Source of the DNA: Antedon mediterranea
Taxonomy: Eukaryota; Animalia; Echinodermata
Assembly: GCF_964355755.1 (NCBI RefSeq)
Contig: NC_092679.1
Span: 526,201-590,200, forward strand
DNA length: 64,000 nt
Reading direction: 5' to 3'
Shown here piece after piece: positions 13,291 to 26,678 of the stretch. Below the pieces are notes generated by a model. It worked only from the letters and a program-made list of their open reading frames with translations, searched no databases and had not been told where the DNA came from. A program made the translations under genes and the position numbers. Positions within the stretch are counted from its first letter, which is position 1, and each line of letters starts with the position of its first letter.

Positions 13291-13802
13291 TAGGGTTGTA
13301 ACTCACGAATCAAATGAGACTTAGTTTATAAATGAAATATTTAAGAACCTAATTTAGTACGAAAATAAAAAACGTACAGTATGTATAAATGTATCAGTTT
13401 GTGGACGACATTGGGTTACATTAGAGTCATATAGGCCTACTTGTTAATAATGGCTCTAGCATGGCAGTTAACAAACGTTTAGTTCCCAGGTAAGGAGAAC
13501 ACATAATTGAGGTCTGATTCAAGTACCTACTAATGTTTTAATGTTATTGTCGAGCATTCAAAATGGTTGATGTTCGCCGCTTAATTTAAACATAGATATA
13601 AGATACGGATGCCCTTTAAGTATTTATAAAGATAATAAAGTGATTTGTTACGTTATATTGTGGCGCGTCGTTTGATGAAGCTTGTTCGAATTAGATTCTC
13701 GACTTTTATAAGTAGAGGCCCTACTACCAGTCGTTACAATAAACTGTGTTGGAATTTAATACCTAAACATACGGCAAAATTGTAAAATAATGGAAATCTT
13801 TT

Positions 13803-13857
13803 ACAAGATACAAGATACAAGAAAACTTTATTCATCCCAACTTGGGAAATTGTGTTG
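13803..13857 (-). mobile_element. LINE 3' terminus (Rex-Babar-like)
   Basis: Minus strand aatttcccaagttgggatgaataaagt (small stem-loop plus AATAAA) followed by a (tcttgta)n tail. Confidence 0.5.
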
Positions 13858-16384
13858 CTGTCTAATAACAATGCCGTATTTAAAAGAGAAATGATAGGCC
13901 TAATACATAAGTGTGATAATAATAATAATAATAACAATAAAAGTGTATCGTAATAAATTCCCCTATCTTTGATACCTTTTATTATAGTCTCGTATGCCCC
14001 TCGGGAGGAAGGAGAGGCGATGGCGTTCAGTGGATCCCCGTGGCGGCCTCAGTCTACCACTACCGTACGTTCCATAAGGCAGTCGGCAATGTCCGAGTTA
14101 AGGGGATGACTAACATCATTCCATATCACATTAGATTTTTTTTAATGAACTCAGAGACCCTTCCTTTGGTACACCCTTATTTGGAGAACACTTAAGTATG
14201 AGATGCATATGATTACGTCAACCTTCCTATTCAGGAGACACCCCTATTAAGTGGATTTTTGTTTTATTTTGGATCCCGTAGTTGTACTGAGAACTTAAAA
14301 ACATATATAACACAAACACATTACAGTGATTTAATTAGAGTCAAAGAATTACAGAAATTTAATAAAAGTGGCAGTGTAGATTAAGTGAATTCTTGCGAAC
14401 ATCTAGCAGCACGTTTCACATTAAATGACAAATGTTCAGATGACATTTTTGAGTTAGAAATCTATCAACATAAGTCTGACACGAAAGGATACCGGTATTG
14501 CTTTCCGTTTTGAATTTTAGGTAGGTTCATGCACGATTTTAGGCCTGTATTTGTTCTTCTTTTCTTAGTTGTTTCAAGTCTTGAAGACCATAAATACATT
14601 TACCTTTTACTTATTTAAATATTTCGTACAGAAACAATGGTTTATAAATTCAAATGACATTGCAGGTCCGTAAATTAGATTTGCTATTTTTATAATTTTT
14701 CTCAAGGTCAAATGTCATAACCTCACACAATTGTAGGTCACTCACCTGAGCCAAAATAATGATTTCCTCCTCCATGAGAATAGTTACCCCATGATGCTCC
14801 AGTTACCTTACCTTTACGAATTGATAAATTTGTTAAATTAGAACAAATTTAAAACATCGGCTTTCCTTTGATAATGTTACCTCTTATTTTTAACTTAATG
14901 TCCCTCAGGAGTGATTTGGATAAAAATGATTACCCCGAAAGGATCAAATCATTGACGTAAATCACCCTGAGTCAACATTAAACACAATCCAATTTGAAAG
15001 AATTGGTAAAATATCCACCCCACAGAAATGTATTGTTCGGTAAACAAAGTAATAAAACTAAGACCAACGCCACGAAAATTACTCAATTTTGATATCGATC
15101 GAAACTTAAAATGTTACATTTTAATGTGAGTAGTCATTTGTTATGATAAATAACTTTATTTGATACAGTACATATAATACAGTCAGTATACAGTTTGGAC
15201 AACAGCAAAAATAGTTTCACTTCAAGTTGTATACATTATGAACGTATGGAAATGATGTAGGCCTAGAGCCTGTTGTTTAGTAAAAGTTAGCTGAAGCGTA
15301 CTTGGAGAGAAAAGAAACGGCTTTAGTAATACAACCATTTTACAACAAGGCTATATAAATGACTGCAGTCGCGTGCTCAAGTTAGTGTTTACCGACCGAC
15401 CGACCGACATAGTGAGCTGCCAAAAACCATCTATGTTCCCCACTTGGACGCAACGCAACGACGTATGCACAACGCAAAAGTTAGTCGACCAGTCGTCAAC
15501 CAATAACACTTCGGATGGTCCATTTTTTTGTGGCGCACATACGTCGTTACGTCAAAGTGGGAACTTCAATTAATTACCATTACTGCAATAATTCATTATA
15601 TTTATATAAAAATTAGAAGTGTGGTAAAATAACTGTTTTTAAGATTCTGTGAAATCTTCAAGATTTCTGTCCGCCTGCGACAGTATTCATGAGGGCACTA
15701 GACAAGTTTCTTGTTTTGTCATATCAGTTGTATCAGGGAAATCATTATACATGGCGCCCTCTTTTATTGTCGTGTTCATTGACCCATAACGAATTACATC
15801 AATAATAACAACTCCACATGTGAGAATTGCACCCAGTTTGTTTTTGGTCTTCGTTCATTGTCAAATATTTTCATATTTGTAATTAAAAAGGGTAAAATTG
15901 CTTACATGGTGGGATAATATTAGTTGGTAGCTGATAGTATTGCAGTAAACCAATGTTTAGGCTAATACTTCCTAGCTAAGTAGACTAGCTAGTAGAAGGT
16001 AGAAATAGTACTACAGACAGTATTATTACAGTAGATGACTCTGATAGATGTTTACAGTAGGCCTAGACAACAAGACTGTGTGTAGTTAAGTAGAGATTAA
16101 TGAGACTTTAGTTAGTACAGTACTGTACTTCAGTGGTGCTAGGTTAGCATAGTATCTATATTAATTTCTTTTTCCAGGGCATTCTTCATCTGCATAAATT
16201 GTAACATTAAGCCTGATATTAATATATTAAATAGGGCCCAGAAATATCTGAAATGACACATCTCCTGTTTCAACATATGCCTTTTTAATGAAACGTTAAT
16301 ATTTTTATTATTTCATGCCTATTTTGTTTTTCAACCAGGAAACCAAAATACTAAACTACTAAAGTTAATTCACCTTTACCAGAG

Positions 16385-17403
16385 ATGTTGAAATTTAAAC
16401 TACCAAAATTGAGAAACAAACTAAGCATTGTCCAAATAGCATTCACTGGAAGGTTGATATCAAGTTTTAAAGTTGGCGACATGGCACAGCTTAGCAAAGT
16501 CTTCTCTGCCAAAGATGTTAGTACATTTTCTGACCTGACCTTAGATTACAATCCGCTGCATCTGGATGAGGAGTACGCAAAAACAACTAGATTTGGGAGG
16601 TGTGTGGTGCATGGTGTCCTGATGAATGGGTAGGTTCACACTTAGCAAATATGGGGGGGGGGGGGGGCATTAAGGTCAACATAGTATATGTAAAGTTGTA
16701 CAAGGATGCATGTGTCAGAATGGTTAATATATATGCTTGAGATGGTAAACGCTAAAAAGAACACGGCAGGTCAGGGGTTTTATAATATAAAATTATATTA
16801 AGTACATGCTAACATATCATAATGTGGGTTATTAGTACATGCTAACAATGATAAGACTGTGTCATGATGTTTCTACTGTTTCTACTTGTTGTGCAAAATA
16901 ATTTGCACAACAAGAATATGTATGCCTTCTAACAGAGTGAACGTTCTTGTATAAATGTTTCATATTTGAGTAACTACTTCACTTTAATTTTGTAGCTTAA
17001 TATCAGGTGTTCTTGGTACCAAACTTCCAGGCAAAGGCACTATATTTGTTTCCCAGTCTATCAGATTCCCAGCACCTTGTAAGTATGTATTGAAAACATT
17101 CAAAATAACTTTCATTAATTTCCAAATAAACCACATTAATGTATGCTCTTCATTTATTTTAGTATTTGTTGGTGAGCCAGTAACAGCCAAGGTAGAAATA
17201 TTAAAGATTGACAGGTCAAAGGTCACATGCTCCACAATTTGTGTTGCAACAGATAGAAATAAGGTTAGTACAGTCAATGTTGACTTTCTGTATGTAATTC
17301 CATTACATTCTTATTTAGTTCAAATGAAAACAATTTATTTAATGTTTAGGTTGTTATGGATGGGACTGTTGATCTGTTTGTACCAAGAAAACATGAAACA
17401 TGA
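16385..17403 (+). CDS. HTD2: Hydroxyacyl-thioester dehydratase type 2, mitochondrial (MaoC/hotdog fold), 160 aa, 4 coding exons
   Basis: Exons 16385-16629, 16996-17078, 17163-17263 and 17350-17403 join in frame through GT-AG introns (phases 2, 1, 0). Basic N-terminus without acidic residues (presequence-like); hydratase motif [24 protein letters not shown]; [32 protein letters not shown]; VVMDGT. Upstream acceptor caaccag at about 16338; AATAAA at 17836. Confidence 0.93.
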
Positions 17404-17694
17404 TGGTAATATGGAAGAAATATAGAGTTATTATAATACAACTAGTGTCATCTCTAGGTACGACATACTGTAATGTAGACTTAGTGATGCATGACTGCTG
17501 AAACTGGCGTTTCTGATTGGCCAATGTGATGCAGCGTGATAGTCCCTCTCCATGGTGGCTCACTTTTAATAACAAATCTATGGGAAGGATATGTTTTTAA
17601 TAAGATGGCTAAATTAGTAGTAAATAACACTCACTTCCACTTAGAGGCTGTGGCTACAATGTTACTCTACTGAAGCTGTAAAACTCAAAATCAT

Positions 17695-17830
17695 GCTCTG
17701 TCTCCTATCAAACTTTATTTAACAAAAATATGTGATGTGCCCATATATGGGCATGATGATGTCATATCACTATAATATTTTGGAACATCACACTTTCTTT
17801 GTAAAACTAATTTAAGAGTGTAGACAGAGC
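17695..17830. mobile_element. Palindromic MITE, family B (Harbinger-like); partial copies at about 51040-51135 and 57334-57410
   Basis: Termini gctctgtct(c)ctatcaaact ... agtgtagacagagc; internal tgtgatgtgcccatatatgggcat and atatcactaccat sequences recur in the other copies. Confidence 0.7.
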
Positions 17831-18089
17831 GTTAGAATAAAAAATAAATAAATGATACAATACATAGTAGTATTGTTTTAAATTTGTAATAATAACGAGA
17901 AAAGACTGAGATTAATAATTACTGAGAAGGGTAAAACAGGAGCATGATATACAGGACTCTTTTGTCATTTTTTGTATGAATATGGATTTGGACTGCAGCA
18001 GATTAGAGTCCAGAACAAACAAAAATGACTATAATACAATCGAACCATGGAGGTATAAAAGTGTATACCTCTATGATCGAACCATCTCG

Positions 18090-18235
18090 GATGTAAGGGT
18101 GGTACTACCCTATTCAATCGCTGGATACGGCCACTGCGATGTAAGGGTGGTATTTACCCTATTCAATCGCTGGATACGGCCACTGCGATGTAAGGGTGGT
18201 ATTTACCCTATTCAATCGCTGGATACGGCCACTGC
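18090..18235. repeat. 49-bp tandem repeat, 3 copies
   Basis: Unit gatgtaagggtggtatttaccctattcaatcgctggatacggccactgc. Confidence 0.9.
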
Positions 18236-19162
18236 GTTTTCTTGACGAACAACGCTCTACATAATATTATTTTACATTAACAATGTTATTGCAGAAGAGT
18301 GAATTAGACACAGTCTGGTACAACTGTAACTTGTGAATTAGACACAGTCTGGTGCAACTGTAACTTTACACAAAAACATTTTGCAAACAAATTTGTATTT
18401 GTAAATTTTATTTTGTACACAAGCACGACGACACTCTCCACTTTCTTTTGTAATAGGCCTACCCTGGGCATTTGTAATACACTGGGTCTACACCATTCCC
18501 ACTCCTTCCTGGCACTCTGTTTAACTATTACCAAATTGTATTTTGTGAAATCCAGCTGGGTACTTAGTGCAGACTATATTTAAGTCGTAAACGATCGTTG
18601 ATTTTTTTTTCCCGTATGTGCTTATTTTAATTTATTTATTAATTTATGTCTGTATAAATAAATGTATACTAATATTCTTTAAAAAGTGAAAAAACATGAT
18701 AAAGAAAACGTGTGCCCTGAGCGTGACTAATTTCTAACCTTCGAAGCAATTTAAACGCAATCACACTGACTAATGAAGTCGCCAAGAAACATTGGCTCAA
18801 TTTCAAGTAACATTGTCGTCAACCTCGAGTTGCAATGCGTCATCAGCATACGATGACGCGTTTATAGCCTCGTAGATGGATTGAACATATTAAGACGTTT
18901 TAAAAAAATGTTTAGGCTCAATTGATAAAGCTTGATTATGATTGGTCAACTTACTTCTGCGTTGCGTGTACGATGCCTCTGTTTGTTTCCCACTAGCGAC
19001 GCAACGCAAAGACGTAACGCAACGTAAGTTATTGACCAATCACAAGCGATGGATTATTCCAACAGTGTCATTGGTAACTTGCTTGTTTTGCGCGTACGTC
19101 CTTGTATGACAAATTTCGTCAATCTCAATAAGAACAGTTTACAAGCAAAATACAAATACGTT

Positions 19163-19894
19163 TTACGTATTTTCAGGGAGTTGTATTTCAGCCGGGAACG
19201 TAACTCGTTTCATTACCGACGACGTTGGTTTGTTTCCGTTTTGTGTCGGTTGCGTTTTAGCGTTATGTGGCGCAATATACGTACTCAAATGCATAATCCA
19301 AGGTACTAACAATTTCAGACAGTACTCCGAATTTGTTTTAATTCGATGAAACAAATCAATGCATTTGTATAAAAATCCATAATTTTGAAGTATTAAGCGA
19401 TTCTGAAGTTGCGAGCACATTTCTGTTGCTAGTAAATCTGCCGTAACACCATCGTTCGCTAACGTTACGGGGTATTCACCTTCAAGTGTTCTTTGGAATA
19501 AATTACCGCCGTTGATAATTAGTAGCGACGCGATGTTTCGGTAGCCGCAGGCGGAAGCGGTATGTAGTGACGAGAATCCGTTGATGTCACTTATATCCGG
19601 ATCAGCACCGTGCGACAAAAGTAATTTGACAGAATCCAGATTGTTAGCTAATACTGCTTGATGAAGCACGGTCATTCCTACATGATTCGAAGTATTTATG
19701 TTCATTGATGATCTGCTGTACTTTGATAATAAACAACTTAATTCAAAATTGTCTTTTTCCTGGACCGCCGACTGAAGACGAACGTCGATTGAAAATGAGA
19801 TCCGACGAGTTTGAACTTCTTCGCCGCTGGCATTGCCATCTATTAGCTCGTAATCCGAAACAGGGTAGGTTCGCAATCGCGTCCGCCGTTTCAT
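19163..19894 (-). CDS. Ankyrin-repeat protein, PPP1R27-like protein phosphatase 1 regulatory subunit, 243 aa
   Basis: RRISF (RVxF-type) immediately before ankyrin repeats GMTVLHQAVLANNLDSVKLLLSHGAD and GFSSLHTASACGYRNIASLLIINGG; second motif KRVTF at the C-terminus; acceptor ttcctttttctag 15 nt upstream of the ATG implies a 5' UTR intron. Confidence 0.85.
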   Translation of the reverse strand: MKRRTRLRTYPVSDYELIDGNASGEEVQTRRISFSIDVRLQSAVQEKDNFELSCLLSKYSRSSMNINTSNHVGMTVLHQAVLANNLDSVKLLLSHGADPDISDINGFSSLHTASACGYRNIASLLIINGGNLFQRTLEGEYPVTLANDGVTADLLATEMCSQLQNRLILQNYGFLYKCIDLFHRIKTNSEYCLKLLVPWIMHLSTYIAPHNAKTQPTQNGNKPTSSVMKRVTFPAEIQLPENT

Positions 19895-19959
19895 GTTCTT
19901 TTGATGATTCTAGAAAAAGGAAAAAAATAAGCAATTTAAATGAGTTTAATCAACAACGC

Positions 19960-20030
19960 GCGTACGTGTTTCCTTGGTATTACGCATACGTGTTTCCTTG
20001 GTATTGCCCGTACGTGTTTCCTTATAGTAT
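19960..20030. repeat. 24-bp tandem repeat, 3 copies
   Basis: gcgtacgtgtttccttggtattac units just upstream of the ankyrin-gene acceptor. Confidence 0.8.
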
Positions 20031-21477
20031 TTGGATTAACTATTAAACTTGTTCCAAAAGAGACTCATCTTCTACTGTGCCACTTACAATAACTGTGACT
20101 TATATTATCACTACATCATCTGATTCGTCACGTGTCGTCGACGGGCATAATCACTACCTGTTTTGAAACAAATTGTCAGCAATCCAAGTCCGTTTGAAAA
20201 CAACTATAGCCAAACACGTAGCTTATCAATACAATGTCATATCGATAGTAATTGTTTTATACGAAAACACTCACTAGGAAGCAACACGAGGACGTAAACG
20301 CAACGCAATTAATTTGACCAATCACACGCGATGGATTATCCGAACTGTGGCTTGTGATTGGTCAAGACGTTGCGTTGCATCCAATTGGGAACGGAGCTTA
20401 AAGGGTATCCTTGAGGAATACAATAAGTAACTTACGTGCTGCAGTATAGTTCAGCATCACTTCATCGGTTGATTGTGTATTAGTTTTTAATTAGCTAAAT
20501 ATAATGAATTTACTGATATACTAGTAAACATAATCTGAGACACCTATAATGACAAACCGAAAGGTAGCCAGTCGGTGACACAAAATGTCGATCATAAATA
20601 CAAAATTCCACTGCACATTGGAGGAGGTAAAGTAAAACCATGAAATCAAGGCCTCAACAATTTGCAGAATTGTTATAGCAATGTAAATTGTGTTACATCT
20701 GAAAAAAACTAAAGACAATATTCTATACATGAAAAGCACATGGCATTATGAGTGGGGAGCATCATAATGGCCGCATGTGATTCGCAGCTATCAGAACATA
20801 TTATGATGATGACTAGCTGTGTACAGTATGTGAAGGCAAAAGTATATTAACCTACAAGTACAACATTGTGCTGACTTTATATAACTAACGTGACATTATA
20901 TTTCATAGTTCTATCCCATAGGTCAAAGCATGCCAAACTCGAACAAATCTACCAACTTGATGCACAAACATACATACATGTTCGCCTCCTCTAAATTGTT
21001 ACAATGGTCATATACTTACTTTTCTATCTTCATGTCCCATTATGTAATAAGTTAGTAGACTAAAGCTCAACAATACACACAGGAGATTCAATATTATTAT
21101 TTCGGTTTGTGCGTTCTTATAAGATGCGCGACTAGTCACCGACTCGTCATCACTGATACTGAACGCGTCACTTGTTGGTCATGAGCCAACGGAAGCCAGA
21201 ATGAGTGCTACACCGGACATAATTTTAAACATGTGAATCCTGTTTTTTTTCTTTAACATTACCGGTTCGAAAGGCATGTATTACGATGGTGAGAAACTTA
21301 TATAGTATAAGTGACCCCATCGTGACACTTGTCGTCATCACCTTTTCTATGACGTAGACAATGTAGATTGTTAGATTACACGTAATTTGACAAATTGTAT
21401 GACCAATATTAATTATAGGCCTACATTAAAAGACAATTTAAATATTGGAATTATCATTCGCAAAGTAGCAATGCTTT

Positions 21478-21641
21478 TAGGGCCGTAGCCAGCATGAGGC
21501 AGACAAGGCACTCGCCTCGTCTGAAATTTTCAATTTCACCACCCACCCCAATTCTCCAGCACAGATGGCCATATTTTATATTAATAATTATATTTAAAGC
21601 ATCTTTGCCTCGTCTGTTTTTAACCTCTTGCTACGGCCTTG
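21478..21641. mobile_element. Degenerate short hAT-like MITE
   Basis: tagggccgtagccag ... cttgctacggccttg inverted ends with internal gaggca/gcctcgtctg repeats; no clear 8-bp TSD. Confidence 0.5.
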
Positions 21642-22489
21642 GTTTTTAATTATGTGCATGTCATGTTCATGTCTGTAGTGAATATTAAAGATGCCTTGAC
21701 AGAAAATGCAATTTAAAAATTACAGGCCTACAACGTTGGCCACCATAAAATCATTAATGCCAATTCTTGTGCTGATTCTTCAATAATTGGACAATGTGTG
21801 CGTGGTATGAGCGTATTGAAAAAGCATGAAGTACAAGTAGTACATACCAAATGGTATAGATGGTAATTTAAAATGTGTCATCCAATGTAACATGCCAATA
21901 CATTATATTACATGATACTTTACATCAAATAAACAAGTCTGAACTTAGCAAATCTCACAAAACATCGACAACAAAACAAACATGTGATATATCATTCTGG
22001 GATGATACAATATTACTATGCTTACCATCATATCAGTTGTGCTCAAAGAGTGTTCTGCTTTTATGTATACCTTGGTCGATTTCTTTTTATCAGACAAAAC
22101 TAAATTGTATAGACAAACTTCTTACTTTTAATTTCAAGTAATTTACTGGAAGTCCGGAACTGGTGGGTTCACCCCATCCTAGACGTGTAAGATTACTTCC
22201 ACAGCACGCCTCCATGTTAGGTCATGGCCTCCTACGCACCTATGTTGCACATAATGTTCCTGTTTTGCGGGCAAATTTCACCCAAAAAGGGGGTAAATGG
22301 CGACTGGAAACCACAACAACCCTTTTCTTTTTAAAACCGGCGTACGCTCCTCATTAGTCAATCAACCAACCTATCGGTCTGTCAGTCTGTCCTACATTTT
22401 GATTTACCAACATATAAATCAACCAATCAATAAACAAGCAACCGACCGACCTGACGGTCAATAACTTCAGTCGATCAGTCTGATAAACC

Positions 22490-22772
22490 ACATTATTGAT
22501 AGACCAATTAATCTAGTTATCGATAGATCAATCGATCAAATTATCGATAGATCAACCAACTAAATTATCGATAAACCAATCATTATCAATAGTCAACAAA
22601 TTATCGATAGATAAACCAACTAAATTATCAATCAATCAATCAAATTATCGATAGACCAATCAACTAAATTATCGATAGATCAATAAAAACAAAATTATCG
22701 ATAAAACAATCATTATCGATAGATCAATAACCAAATTATCGATCTCGATAGACCAATCAATCAAATTATCAA
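22490..22772. repeat. Degenerate minisatellite built on aaattatcgatagat/caatcaa
   Basis: About 10 imperfect copies centred on the palindrome ttatcgata. Confidence 0.8.
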
Positions 22773-23439
22773 CACGTTGTGCTGACGTAAGAACAACTAA
22801 TGAACTAATAAATACAAGAAGTCGTACCGTGCCAGTCGCCATACCTACCATTGAAATCATTTTAACATATTTGTCTCATATGATGTAAACAAAACCAAAT
22901 AAACAGACATGAATGAAATGTTCTCTTTACATGCAGAGAACTTAATGCAATTCAAGATACTACTAGGCCTACTGAACATCCGCAAAATAAAACCTGTCGT
23001 TCGCGTAGGATATCCGATAGGTCAAACTATACTCTGGGAAAGGTCACAGACTTAAAAGGTCGAATTTAAGTATAATGGTTTCGGTAAATCTGGATAAATC
23101 CTAAGTCTGATCTTATTCTTACCGTCAGACCATAATGGAATACTTTAGCTGTATTTCAAATCGTATAAATGCACGTAGAAAAATACTGTATCGGTTGAAT
23201 ATAAAACTTTCTTGTCAATTTAGACTGCTTGCTACCGTACATACATTTTAAACATCTTTGAATAACAACATTCGGCTCTTTTAATGGGCATGTTGCTTAA
23301 GTAAAGTTGTTATATGACGTCACTTCAATTTATCTCTCGCTATTATATTCGATATATTGTATATTCCCCCTTCGTGAAAACATTACGTAGCTTGAGCTCA
23401 TACTTGTTAACAATCAAAAATGACCGAATAGGGCAACTA

Positions 23440-23581
23440 CAAATTAAAAGCATGGTCCCAAATGGACAATTACCAGCTTAAAAACCAGTCCAGCCTTGTA
23501 ATATACTGTATTTTATATATATATTTTTACTGTTATCTTTTACATGTCGAGTATAAATAAAGTTTTTGAATTGAATTGAAT
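23440..23581 (+). mobile_element. LINE 3' end remnant
   Basis: AATAAA followed by a (ttgaa)n tail; a similar tail lies on the minus strand at about 8816-8840. Confidence 0.4.
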
Positions 23582-24057
23582 CTTGATTCTAAATTTCGTT
23601 GAAAGTGACGTGTAAATTCACTTACGTCTTCAAACACGATGCTCTTAATCCACAGTAAACCTGCTTAGCTCATTAAAGAGTATAATTCACGTATCCGTGG
23701 ATAAAATAATTCGTGACAGGAAATAATTGTAGGCCTACCTGTTGTGTTCAGGTAGATGATTGCAGGTAAAATAAGAACATGCCTAATTAATTTTACACAA
23801 GTCAATGCAATTATGTTAAGCAGGGCCTCAAACTAAAACAATATTGTTGATGTAAGCTTAATACTTAGGCCTACTGCATTTGCTTTCAGAAAACAAAAAT
23901 GTTAAGAAAAAAAAGAACAACTGTCAATCAGATACAAACTAAATAATGTACTTCCTTCTATGAAATCGCAATACAAGGGATCGTCAAATTATTCTACTAT
24001 AGTTACTGAAGTTGTTGCGGCAATTAACAGTGCGGTATTATGATTAGGCCTAACCAC

Positions 24058-24256
24058 ATAAAGAGGTAAAATAAAGTAACCAAAATGGACAACTGCTGCA
24101 GTAGTATCATTCTTAAAAGGGGGAAAGTTGTAATTTAATAAGGTGGCTGTCACTATATAAAGAGGTAAAATAAAGTAACCAAAATGGACAACTGCTGCAG
24201 TAGTATCATTCTTAAAAGGGGCAAGTTGTAATTTAATAAGGTGGCTGTCACTATAT
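24058..24256. repeat. 99-bp direct tandem duplication
   Basis: ataaagaggtaaaataaagtaaccaaaatggac...ggtggctgtcactat at 24058 and 24157, differing only around one G run. Confidence 0.9.
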
Positions 24257-25521
24257 TCATAAGATAGACCTTAGACAATAATGGTAACAGCTATACACTT
24301 AATTACTGGTACCTTCCATAGTATTATACCATGCTCTATCTGCAGGCTATGTGTTCAATGGTAGAACGGAAGAAAGCATATGCTGCCCTAGGAAACACAT
24401 ATAAACACTATAACATCACCTACGTACGGACGAACATTTCACCATTGAGATAATATACTATAATAATTGGGACAGAAAAAAACATTAAATATGCCTACTT
24501 ACATGGAATTATCAAACGATGCATTTAATCTGAAGTAAAATCGTGAGATTCTTTTTCAAGCAACAACGTTTGCTGTTCCCGTTCTTTCTTTTTTTTCAAT
24601 ACGACTGAATTGTGCTCAGTTGGTGTTTAATCGACAAACGCGAATACAAATAGGAATGTTTAATGCGCACGCGCGAGCAACGTGCAATTAGATATTTTAT
24701 AGGAATGTTGATTGGATTCTAACATCACCACTCCGGGTCTTTAAATCATCAGAAGAAATCTGTAAAATTTAACCCCCGCGTAATGTTTTCATTTCGTTTC
24801 GTATTGGGGGATGGCCTTCTTTTCGAGGTAAACATTCTTTCGAGATGGGCTTCTTTTCGAAATTACTTTTGCAAAGAAGCTGATGGGGGAATCTTTTCGA
24901 AATGCATGCCGAGTTTAAGACATCTAATTCTTAACCATCAATTGTGTATTTCTGTTTCTTTGACCCTGAAGCAACAAAATAATTACACGGTAGAAAGACT
25001 CTTTCAGCCGGGTCTTCATTTCGAGATTTTTAAGCCAAATAAGTGACCTTCTCTACGAGATGGGGGTTTTCGGTAAACACAAATGATTTGAAATGTTTGC
25101 TAACCCGATAGATTAAATGGTTTTAATGTGTCGCACATTGCTTTCTAATTAACGTTAACATAAAAATCATCTTAAACAATATTTTATAAACAATACTTTA
25201 TGGTGTTATAAAAATACACAAGGAAACGAATATTTTAACACTTTCTTTATTATGCACATGAAATAATAATTTAATATAATAGATAATTATTAATAATATA
25301 ATTTACCATAATACATCTGGATATTATTTACAATGATACAGACTCTCTGTACACGTAGACACGTTGTCATGACAACGGCAATCTACGAACATTAACAATA
25401 AAATAACTTAAATATCTGTACAGTAAATGACGTAACTTTAGTGCGCCCTCTGATCATTTCTATACAAGAATGTGTGGTACGGGGATTTACATAAAGTGTT
25501 GTCTAAAATAATGAAGTCTTA

Positions 25522-26448
25522 CGCCCGTATTCTTAAACCGGACTTTAGTCGTAGTTCGAAGTTCGACTTGGAAAAGTCGTAGTTTGAGCTATTACTTCAA
25601 ATTCGATTCAAAAACGAAGTAGTCGAAGTTTGCAGTTCGACTTAATGAAGTCGAGCTTTTAGTCGAGTTGCACACGTCTGGGTAACAAAGGCTATACATT
25701 GGCCAATGACAAGAGAGTATTTGAGGAGCAGACGAAATTTTGCGCATTGATATCACTTTCCATTTCTTACAACACTTTTTACGCATCAGGACTATATACA
25801 TGAAAAATAATTTTAATCGTTAATTATTAGAACAATATCAGTATTAATTTAACAGTGAAGTATATTTGATTAACAACAAATAAAATCTTAAAAATATATT
25901 TAGGAACCATGGCGGTACGGTAACTTTTATATTTTCTAGGACCCCAACAAAGTATGATCGCCACGAACCACGCACTTCATAGCGTGACAAGAAAGCGCTA
26001 AGCCCCCTAAACATTCCATCGCGTGGTGAATTGCCGCATCTCCCATTGTCGCTATGGCGTGACGTAGCTCAAGTCGGACTTGCGCGAAGAAAATAATGTA
26101 ATTTGTATACAGTTGTAAATAAAGATGATTTTCATTATTATAATTTTTACCAATGTATATTTAATTAAGCTAATATAAATATAGATATTTCATTCTTCAA
26201 TATCTGGCCAATATAACAACTCAATGACTGTTACGTTTTTTATAAACATCGTTTAAAAACCATTTAGTCGACCATTTAGTCTGCCCCCTCCAGGACTAAA
26301 AAAATCGATCAAAATCCGTCTCCATTTAGTCGAGGTTGGCCTGATTTAGTCGGTGATTTAGTTGAAGTTCGGTTTATGAATTAAAATGACGTCATTTTTT
26401 TAGTTTTAGCTCGAACTACGACTAAAGTCCGGTTTAAGAATACGGGCG
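25522..26448. mobile_element. Young non-autonomous PIF/Harbinger-like element, 927 bp
   Basis: Perfect 38-bp TIR cgcccgtattcttaaaccggactttagtcgtagttcga; TTA TSD at 25519-25521 and 26449-26451; subterminal tagtcg repeats; no long ORF. Confidence 0.9.
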
Positions 26449-26678
26449 TTAATCTTAGGATTTAGCCGACTGTGTTGTTGGTCCTAAAGTTCTGCTTATA
26501 CACACTGATAAAACGATGAATCTTATTGTTACTGTAGACTGTATTATAAATATTGGACAGTACTTACATTATTACAATAATACTATACACTGTTTTAGCC
26601 ATCATGTATGCCTATGGTCTTCTCCGTTCACTTCCACTAAAATACGTGACATAAAGACGAAAACATCGGGCGTATAAT

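Noticed and set aside
17090-17425. 111-aa ORF as a separate gene
   Set aside because: It is HTD2 exon 3 read through the flanking introns.
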